A stretch of 64,000 nucleotides of DNA from positions 20,280 through 84,279 of the forward strand of contig JBLKOK010000002.1 of the NCBI GenBank assembly GCA_047602735.1. The letters run 5' to 3'. Below, piece by piece: positions 19,459 to 25,905 of the stretch. The notes below the pieces were generated by a model. That model was not told where the DNA came from and made no database searches. It saw only the letters and a program-made list of their open reading frames with translations. Made by a program: the position numbers and the translations under genes. The DNA comes from Candidatus Woesearchaeota archaeon. Lineage in GTDB: Archaea; Nanobdellota; Nanobdellia; Woesearchaeales; 21-14-0-10-32-9. Position 1 is the first letter of the stretch. Every line of letters begins with the position of its first letter.

Positions 19459-20587
19459 TTTTAATGAACATGAAATAAATTATTAATGATGCTGCGATTA
19501 TAGCAATTATTAATAATACATATAATCCTATAATTAGCCAGTTTGTTGATTTTGTTTGACCTAAATCATCAGTTATCATTATAGGTTTTTTTTGTATTAG
19601 TTGAAGTGTGTTTCCTTCAAGGTCGTCAAAATTTATTGTTATTGTCGCGTCGTATTGTCCAAGAGCTAAGTTTTGGGCGTTAAAAAACCCATTTAGTCTT
19701 GCTTGAGAAGGATATCTTTGAAGCGAAATAGGATGAGTTGTAGCAGATAAATCATTTATTTTTAGTTCAGCACGTATATTTGTAAATTCTTGGTTCCATT
19801 CATTTCTAATTTCTATGAAAAATTCGTTTATTCTATTTTCTTTAAATCTTAGAGTATGACCTGTGATAGATAAATTTTTTTCTCCTATTTTAAACACTAT
19901 ATCTCTTTTTATTTGTTGATCATCATAAAAAAGTTCTTTTATTAAAGTATATGATCCTGGTCTCAAATCTTTCGTTGGTAACACATATTGATTATTATGT
20001 GTTTGGCCTGCCAAAATATTATTTTGAAGTAATTCATTTTCGTAAAGAGTATCTCCTTGAGGGTCCAATAATTGTATTCTCGTGTAATAGCTTATTTGTT
20101 CGTTCCCTTTATTAATTACGTTCCAAAGCGCATTAGCGTCTGTCCCTTCACCAATAATGCCCCCATCTATTCTAAGACCTGTAAGTTCTAAATATCTATT
20201 AGGATAAGGAAATTGAACTTCTAATCTTGATCTGACTCCTGATGTTACAGCTAGTAATCCTTCGCTTTCTACAACTTTTAATGCTTCGACTCGTATAGAA
20301 TTAACACCATAAAGTTCTACTCCGCTAGGAATGTTTAATTTAACTGTTATTGTTTGTACTTGTCCTTTTTCTAAGGTTACTTCTTGATGACTTAGAGTCG
20401 CATATTGAGATAATGGAGAATCTAATATTCTAAAAGCTACTTTGCCTTCTGCGTTTGATATTCTAAATGAGAATTCTAATTCTTTATTTGGTTCGTAATC
20501 AATGCTTGTGACTCCAGGACTTATACTTACTGCAATTACATTTGGTAAAGCTAATAAGATTATTAATAATACAAGTAGTTTTTTCAT
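19451..20587 (-). CDS. secreted beta-rich protein with signal peptide and C-terminal TM anchor; paralogue of 37758..38885
   Basis: Signal MKKLLVLLIILLALPNVIA and C-terminal WLIIGLYVLLIIAIIAASLIIYFMF. It shares an N-terminal pattern (ISPGV/IAPAK ... SQYATLS/SQYITLS) with the 375 aa protein at 37.8 kb. Confidence 0.45.
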   Translation of the reverse strand: MKKLLVLLIILLALPNVIAVSISPGVTSIDYEPNKELEFSFRISNAEGKVAFRILDSPLSQYATLSHQEVTLEKGQVQTITVKLNIPSGVELYGVNSIRVEALKVVESEGLLAVTSGVRSRLEVQFPYPNRYLELTGLRIDGGIIGEGTDANALWNVINKGNEQISYYTRIQLLDPQGDTLYENELLQNNILAGQTHNNQYVLPTKDLRPGSYTLIKELFYDDQQIKRDIVFKIGEKNLSITGHTLRFKENRINEFFIEIRNEWNQEFTNIRAELKINDLSATTHPISLQRYPSQARLNGFFNAQNLALGQYDATITINFDDLEGNTLQLIQKKPIMITDDLGQTKSTNWLIIGLYVLLIIAIIAASLIIYFMFIKNE

Positions 20588-20631
20588 TTTAATTTAAGTA
20601 ATTAAATTTTGAATAGTATTTAAAATTTGTG

Positions 20632-20646
20632 AAAAAAAAAAAAAAA
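20632..20646 (-). terminator. oligo-T tract (T15 on the minus strand) immediately after the stop of 20647..21291
   Basis: A run of 15 A on the plus strand abuts the minus-strand stop codon. This is typical of archaeal intrinsic terminators and is also a slippage-prone homopolymer. Confidence 0.4.
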
Positions 20647-21291
20647 CTATATTTGTTCTGCAAAGAATGTTAATAACGCTCCTGCAACTCCTGGTTGTGC
20701 GTCATCAGGAATTACTATTTGTATATGGGTTTCAAAGCTATTTGCTCCCCCTACAGATGCAGTTGTTAAATTGCCACAAACAAGATATTCTTCATTTGGA
20801 TTGATAAATTCTGTATAACTAGGTACTAGTCCAGTCCCACAACCACCACTATTTGGAGCAGAACCCAAATTAACAGTCCTGTATAGTAATGAAGATGTAC
20901 CATCAGTAGTATTTAAAAATTCACCACCTTGTGTTGCTCCAACAGTATCTGATCTAATAGTTACGTTAACGTCAACATTACCATTATTTCTAACAAAAAT
21001 ACCTCTATCTGTGTATGCTCCACATGCAGCAGTTGTATCTTCTGATCCTTCACTGTTAATGGTTGTTGTTGAATCTGTTAAAGGAGTACAAGTTCCAAAA
21101 TCAATTAAATCATTATCTTGTGTTGTAATAGATACAGATTCATTAATTTGTAAATCTATGGTGCCTGTTTGTGTTACTAATCCTGTCGTTGACACTTGTT
21201 CTAATTTATTAAGACTTAATATTGTTCCTCCTAATGAAACAACTATTGCTCCTAATAAAAACAGTGCAAGTGTTTTGTTTGAAATATCCAT
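20647..21291 (-). CDS. TasA/camelysin-like (SipW-cognate-type) secreted protein
   Basis: N-terminal anchor plus ...LGGTILSLN...TGTIDLQINE, which resembles the GGGTFAxFxD...AGTLDL start of TasA/CalY. It shares the motif DIS.[KQ]T...VVSL.GT with the neighbouring 75 aa ORF. Confidence 0.4.
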   Translation of the reverse strand: MDISNKTLALFLLGAIVVSLGGTILSLNKLEQVSTTGLVTQTGTIDLQINESVSITTQDNDLIDFGTCTPLTDSTTTINSEGSEDTTAACGAYTDRGIFVRNNGNVDVNVTIRSDTVGATQGGEFLNTTDGTSSLLYRTVNLGSAPNSGGCGTGLVPSYTEFINPNEEYLVCGNLTTASVGGANSFETHIQIVIPDDAQPGVAGALLTFFAEQI

Positions 21292-21324
21292 TTTTTTGTT
21301 TTACCTCCTAAAAAAAGTTTTTTT

Positions 21325-21552
21325 TTATCTTATTATAGTTATTGCCATAGTTCCTGAACTATCCGCAACTAACGGAACTCTAGCGTTAGATCCCACTCTT
21401 AGTTGTACTGTACCTGTTGCTTTTGCTTCCTCAACCAAGTTTGTTTCTGCTTTACTAACTTCAGTATATACAGTAAATGTTCCAAGTAGTGAAACTACAA
21501 CTGTTAATACAACTAAAGTCATAATTGTTTGTCTTGATATATCTTTTGCCAT
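21325..21552 (-). CDS. small TasA/camelysin-like pilin-like protein (75 aa)
   Basis: MAKDISRQTIMTLVVLTVVVSLLGTFTVYTEVSKAETNLVEEAKATGTVQLRV matches the SipW-cognate signal region and the first strand of TasA-like proteins (GTFAFFSDKEVS...AGTLDLTL). Confidence 0.4.
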   Translation of the reverse strand: MAKDISRQTIMTLVVLTVVVSLLGTFTVYTEVSKAETNLVEEAKATGTVQLRVGSNARVPLVADSSGTMAITIIR

Positions 21553-21622
21553 TTTTTATGTTCAGTTCGAATTTTTAATCCTAATATAGCTATTTAAAGT
21601 TTTCTATTAATTAGTAGTGTTT

Positions 21623-23122
21623 TTAATTTGTTATTATGCCCTCAAAGTTATTAATATGAACAAGACCGTATCTTGCACTTCCAGTATCTCTGTTTGGAAG
21701 GTTTCCTAATATCAAGTACGCATTTTCAGGTATTTCTCTGTTGTAATCCCGTTCATATAGTCTTAGTAATGTTTGTGCCCTACTACTAATTACGTATTCT
21801 TGACCTTGATTATTTAGTAGTACTTGATTATTTATGTATATCCTATTGTTTTCAACTCTAAATGAATCACCAGGTATTCCTTTTATTATTTTAAACACAG
21901 TTCCTTCTCTTATATGATTAAATGCTATAATATCATTTCTTTGAGGAACGTTTTGAGAATAGTAGTTTTCTACTATAGTAACTATTTGTGACTGAGATAA
22001 TACCCCTTCTAATTCATCATTTGGAATCATAGCTGTTCTTGTTGAAAATGAATCAGGATTTATTTGTTGAATTTGCATTTGTTGTACTGGCTCTTCAACG
22101 ATTTCTTCTTGATCTGGTTGAACTACTACTTGTTCTTCAACAATTTCTTCTTCAACTTCTTGATCTAAATCAAACACATCATCCACAACAACATCTTCAT
22201 CAACAGGCAAACCAACAACCTCTTCAACAATTTCTTCTTCAACTTCTTGATCTAAATCAAACACATCATCCACAACAACATCTTCATCAACAGGCAAACC
22301 AACAACCTCTTCAACAATTTCTTCTTCAACTTCTTGATCTAACTCAAACACATCATCCTCAACAGCATCTTCATCAACAGGCAAACCAACAACCTCTTCA
22401 GTAACATCTTCTTGAGTGGTTTGATTTATTAGGATTTCGATAAAAAAGTCTTCTGTTTCAAATACTACTTCATCAACTACTGCATAAATTTTACTTGACC
22501 AAACGCCTAATTTTAAAGGTGTTATTTCTAAAATGTTTTGAGTTATAGTATAACTATATCCTTGGCTTGACATAGCGTCATAAAATACTTCTTGTCCTTC
22601 AAAATAATTAGATAAATCAATCGTCAGTGTTTCATTAATAAGTAATGTAAAGTTTTGGATGTCTTTAATTTTTTCTTGTTGTTCTTGTATTATTTGATAA
22701 GTTGTTTTATATTTTATTTCTTCTAAATAAAAAATTATATCGTCGTCTATTTGAATCAGTAGCTCGGATGAATTAATACTTTCTAAATTACATGTTTGTA
22801 AACATTCTTCTGTTAAAGTTAACGATTCGTTATCTAAAACAGCACTATATATTTCTAAAACATCATTTTGAGTTTGTAAAAAAATAGCTATAGATCCATT
22901 ACCAGATATATTACCCGTTATTTTTAGTGAACTAAGATTTTCTCTTTGGAAAGAAATAGTTTCGTTTTGTTGATAAAATTCATTTACAGTTAATGTTTGT
23001 TGAGATTCATAGGTAGCAACAACTAGTCCAGTCATTGATGTGCCCACTAATGCTAAAAAATAAAGAGTCGAAACGACTCCCGCTATCAACAAAATTAACA
23101 CTAAAGAATTTTTTTCTTTCAT
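21623..23122 (-). CDS. membrane-anchored protein with three acidic 29-aa tandem repeats and a C-terminal type-I signal-peptidase (S26A)-like domain whose nucleophilic Ser is apparently replaced by Ala
   Basis: The C-terminal blocks RNDIIAF, KIIKGIPGDSF and IPENAYLILGNLPNRDTGSARYGLVHINNFEGII align with LepB RGDIVVF, KRAVGLPGDKV and [34 protein letters not shown]. The SGSMxPT box reads RTAMIPN. Confidence 0.5.
   Translation of the reverse strand: MKEKNSLVLILLIAGVVSTLYFLALVGTSMTGLVVATYESQQTLTVNEFYQQNETISFQRENLSSLKITGNISGNGSIAIFLQTQNDVLEIYSAVLDNESLTLTEECLQTCNLESINSSELLIQIDDDIIFYLEEIKYKTTYQIIQEQQEKIKDIQNFTLLINETLTIDLSNYFEGQEVFYDAMSSQGYSYTITQNILEITPLKLGVWSSKIYAVVDEVVFETEDFFIEILINQTTQEDVTEEVVGLPVDEDAVEDDVFELDQEVEEEIVEEVVGLPVDEDVVVDDVFDLDQEVEEEIVEEVVGLPVDEDVVVDDVFDLDQEVEEEIVEEQVVVQPDQEEIVEEPVQQMQIQQINPDSFSTRTAMIPNDELEGVLSQSQIVTIVENYYSQNVPQRNDIIAFNHIREGTVFKIIKGIPGDSFRVENNRIYINNQVLLNNQGQEYVISSRAQTLLRLYERDYNREIPENAYLILGNLPNRDTGSARYGLVHINNFEGIITN
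22138..22398. repeat. 3 x 87-bp near-perfect tandem repeat encoding the acidic unit EEVVGLPVDEDVVVDDVFDLDQEVEEEIV
   Basis: Direct repeats starting at about 22138, 22225 and 22312. The third copy carries a few substitutions. Confidence 0.85.
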
Positions 23123-23125
23123 AGT

Positions 23126-23386
23126 CTATTTTTTCTTTGTTGTCTTTTTCTTTGTTGTCTTTTTCTTTTTTACAGGTGCTTTTTTCTTAGAATTTTTAGT
23201 TTCTTGCTCTTCCATACCTTTTTTTACTTCTTCTGGTATGTTTTTTATTCCTTGTTTAAATTCACTTATACTTCTACCCGTATTTCTTGCAAGTCCAGGT
23301 GCTTTTTTACCTATGAAGTAAATTATTGCAACTATTAAAAGAATCCCTATTATTTCCCATAATCCTATCATGATTTTTTCCTCCAA
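23126..23386 (-). CDS. tatA: Sec-independent translocase subunit TatA/E with a Lys-rich C-terminal tail
   Basis: MIGLWEIIGILLIVAIIYFIGKKAPGLARNTGRSISEFKQG matches the TatA TM plus amphipathic-helix consensus (G..E..IIl.ivll.FG.kKLP.lar.lG....eFK). Confidence 0.8.
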   Translation of the reverse strand: MEEKIMIGLWEIIGILLIVAIIYFIGKKAPGLARNTGRSISEFKQGIKNIPEEVKKGMEEQETKNSKKKAPVKKKKTTKKKTTKKK

Positions 23387-23441
23387 AAATGTTTATATTA
23401 AGATATATATAAATTAATTCTTTTTAAATGTTTTGAATAAT

Positions 23442-23615
23442 CTATTCTTTTATTTTCTTTATTTCTTCTTTTACTTGCTTTGGAATTTCTTTAGCTTGTT
23501 TAAACGAATTTATTCCTTTGCCTGTTTGCCTTGCAAGTTTAGGCGCATCATTTCCAAGTAAATAAACTATTAATATTATTATTCCAAGACTTATTATTTC
23601 CCACGCTCCTATCAT
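23442..23615 (-). CDS. tatA: second TatA/E paralogue (57 aa; below the ORF-track length cut-off)
   Basis: Manual translation gives MIGAWEIISLGIIILIVYLLGNDAPKLARQTGKGINSFKQAKEIPKQVKEEIKKIKE. Its start overlaps the TatC stop by 4 nt. Confidence 0.7.
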   Translation of the reverse strand: MIGAWEIISLGIIILIVYLLGNDAPKLARQTGKGINSFKQAKEIPKQVKEEIKKIKE

Positions 23616-24319
23616 TTTATTAATTTTTTTTGTATTTTTGAAATTAAAATACCTATTTCAAAGCTACCGTGTATTGGTATTATCATTAAAAACATACTAA
23701 ATGGATCTGGAGGACTTATTAATGCAGATATTACTGCAACCAATATAAATATTATGCCTCTGTGATTTGTTAAATCTTCTATGTTTATTAATTCAGACTT
23801 TATAAGTATAGGTATTATTAAAACCAATTGTAAAATAAATGCCATAGTAAGCGCCATTATTATTATATATCTTACAACACTAGTTATACTCCACATAGGA
23901 TTTACTAAAATATAGTTTGTAGATAGCATAAATAACATGAATTTAGCAAATACAAGTATACCTATAATTACACCAATTATTCCAAGCATTATTGAAAAAG
24001 ATACAACCACAGTTAATTTCTTTCTGTTTTTTTGAGAAATTGCAGGTTTAACATAACCATATATTTTTGCAAAGATTATTGGCAAACCAAAAAATATTGT
24101 TAAAGAAAGTGCAATTGTTATTCTTGCAGAAAGATTTTCAAAAGGAGTTAATGCTACAACATTTGTAATATCAAGACCCATATAGTTTAATAGCCAAGGA
24201 ACAAAATATCCTGCAAGCCAAAAAAATAAAACAAATAAAATTAATAAAGGTACAAAAAGCATCAATAAAAGAAGTCTAAGCTGTGCTATATGCTCCCTTA
24301 TTGTTAGCTCTTCATCCAT
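23612..24319 (-). CDS. tatC: Sec-independent translocase subunit TatC
   Basis: 235 aa six-TM protein directly upstream of and overlapping tatA. The N-terminal cytoplasmic stretch MDEELTIREHIAQLRLLLL and the topology are consistent with TatC. Confidence 0.7.
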   Translation of the reverse strand: MDEELTIREHIAQLRLLLLMLFVPLLILFVLFFWLAGYFVPWLLNYMGLDITNVVALTPFENLSARITIALSLTIFFGLPIIFAKIYGYVKPAISQKNRKKLTVVVSFSIMLGIIGVIIGILVFAKFMLFMLSTNYILVNPMWSITSVVRYIIIMALTMAFILQLVLIIPILIKSELINIEDLTNHRGIIFILVAVISALISPPDPFSMFLMIIPIHGSFEIGILISKIQKKLIK

Positions 24320-24528
24320 TTAATAAAAGACAAAAAAAATTATTTTTTGCTTTGTGTTTCGTCTACCTTTTCTAATCTTTGTAATTCATTTATTAATTGA
24401 AATACATCACTATATGGTTGAGTTGCCAAATAGTTTAATAACGCTTGTAACAATTCTCTGCTTAGTTTATAATTCATATTTATCTACCCCCGTATGATTA
24501 AAAAAAATTAGAACTTATATATATTTTT

Positions 24529-25521
24529 TTATATAAGATCTCCTATGTATCCGATTATAGTTGCAGTTCCATTGTTTAATATACCGTAACTTTCGTTATG
24601 ACCTTGTAAAACATTAAAATTTGAAACATTCCTTTGATTTAAATCAAGATTTTGCGTAGCTCCCGTATAAGGAACATAATCATCATCCACATTTATAGTT
24701 ACAGTTCTTGAAGATTCAGAAGTAGTTATGCCTGTACCACCCTGTATTGTAAGAATTTGTCCATCTGAAACAACACTAGATCCAGTATCACCTGCTATTG
24801 TAAAAGAAGACATATCCCCGCCCCCTCCGACTAGTGAATCGACATATGCTTTTGTAGCTACATCAGAATCATCTACAGGATCAGATACATTAGATATTAT
24901 ATTATTACCCATGTTTAAAGCTCCAGACAAAACACCCCCGATAATTCTAAGGTATCTTGCATCACCCCACACCGTATCAAAACTAATCGTACCAGTATCA
25001 GTAATAGGACCACCAGTCAAACCATCACCAGTATTAATCTCCATAACAGAACCATTACTAAATGTATCTAATAATGTGTCTACGTAATCTTTTGTTGCAA
25101 CATCACTACCATCAATAGGTGTTGATACATTAGATATTATATTATTACCCATGTTTAAAGCTCCAGACAAAACACCCCCGATAATTCTAAGGTATCTTGC
25201 ATCACCCCACACCGTATCAAAACTAATCGTACCAGTATCAGTAATAGGACCACCAGTCAAACCATCACCAGTATTAATCTCCATAACAGAACCATTACCT
25301 GAACCTGCAACAGAAGAATCTACATAGTCTCTTGTTGCAGGAGAACTTCCATCTACAGGAGTTTGTACAATTACTGTACCCGTAAAATTAAAATCTCCAG
25401 AAATAGTATCCCCGTCTCTTATTATATATAGTGAATCGTGTCCAGGATCATTTTGAGCTATTGCTATTGGTAAATATAACAATACTGCCAATAAAATTAA
25501 GTGCTTATAATTTAGTTTCAT
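24529..25521 (-). CDS. secreted repeat protein with tail-fibre-like ATKxYVD repeats and an internal tandem duplication
   Basis: Sec signal MKLNYKHLILLAVLLYLPIAIA. The unit ATKDYVD...SNGSVMEINTGDGLTGGPITDTGTISFDTVWGDARYLRIIGGVLSGALNMGNNIISNVS occurs twice, and a third ATRDYVDS copy lies upstream. Confidence 0.5.
   Translation of the reverse strand: MKLNYKHLILLAVLLYLPIAIAQNDPGHDSLYIIRDGDTISGDFNFTGTVIVQTPVDGSSPATRDYVDSSVAGSGNGSVMEINTGDGLTGGPITDTGTISFDTVWGDARYLRIIGGVLSGALNMGNNIISNVSTPIDGSDVATKDYVDTLLDTFSNGSVMEINTGDGLTGGPITDTGTISFDTVWGDARYLRIIGGVLSGALNMGNNIISNVSDPVDDSDVATKAYVDSLVGGGGDMSSFTIAGDTGSSVVSDGQILTIQGGTGITTSESSRTVTINVDDDYVPYTGATQNLDLNQRNVSNFNVLQGHNESYGILNNGTATIIGYIGDLI
24887..25298. repeat. 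two 172-bp exactly identical copies (24887..25058 and 25127..25298) inside the CDS, period 240 bp
   Basis: Direct comparison of the sequence lines shows identical strings from acattagatattatattattacccatgtttaaag through ccataacagaaccattac. The flanking ~68 bp differ between copies. Confidence 0.9.
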
Positions 25522-25628
25522 TTCTTTTTACCTAATTTAAAACATACACCTAGTAATATTTAAATTTATCCGTTGGCTTTAAGAAAGATTTATATATAAC
25601 TTAAATTAGTTATAAAACATTTATTATA

Positions 25629-25686
25629 AATAAAAACAATAAAAACAATAAAAACAATAAAAACAATAAAAACAATAAAAACAATA
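25629..25686. repeat. about 6 copies of a 10-bp tandem repeat (AACAATAAAA) in the divergent intergenic region upstream of the Tfx-like gene
   Basis: The sequence reads ...taaaaacaataaaaacaataaaaacaataaaaacaataaaaacaataaaaacaatat... It lies 20-80 bp upstream of the ATG at 25708 and is a possible promoter or phase-variable element. Confidence 0.85.
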
Positions 25687-25707
25687 TAAGTTATTTAGGT
25701 TATAATT

Positions 25708-25905
25708 GTGTTAACGCGTAAAGAAATACAAGTTTTGGAATTTAGAAAAAAAAATATGACACAAGTAGAAATAGCTTCAAAACTAAATATTTCTCAAGCA
25801 GCAGTCTCAGGATTTGAGAGAAGCGCGTATAAAAAAATAAAGGATGCTCATAAAATAATAGAAGAGTCTGAAAGATTGGAGGTTGATATCCATGACAGAT
25901 ATTAA
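25708..25905 (+). CDS. small HTH DNA-binding protein, Tfx-like / sigma-70 region-4-like
   Basis: LTRKEIQVLEFRKKNMTQVEIASKLNISQAAVSGFERSAYKKIKDA matches the sigma70_r4/Tfx helix-turn-helix pattern. Its 3' end overlaps the next gene by 23 nt. Confidence 0.55.
   Translation: MLTRKEIQVLEFRKKNMTQVEIASKLNISQAAVSGFERSAYKKIKDAHKIIEESERLEVDIHDRY

Noticed and set aside
22039-22404. Plus-strand ORF encoding a Gln/His/Leu-rich repeat protein
   Set aside because: It is antisense to the 3 x 87-bp acidic repeat of the minus-strand gene 21623..23122 and is a repeat artefact.
25629-25686. Possible CRISPR array
   Set aside because: Only a contiguous 10-bp microsatellite with no spacers. No other regularly spaced repeats and no cas genes are visible in the window.
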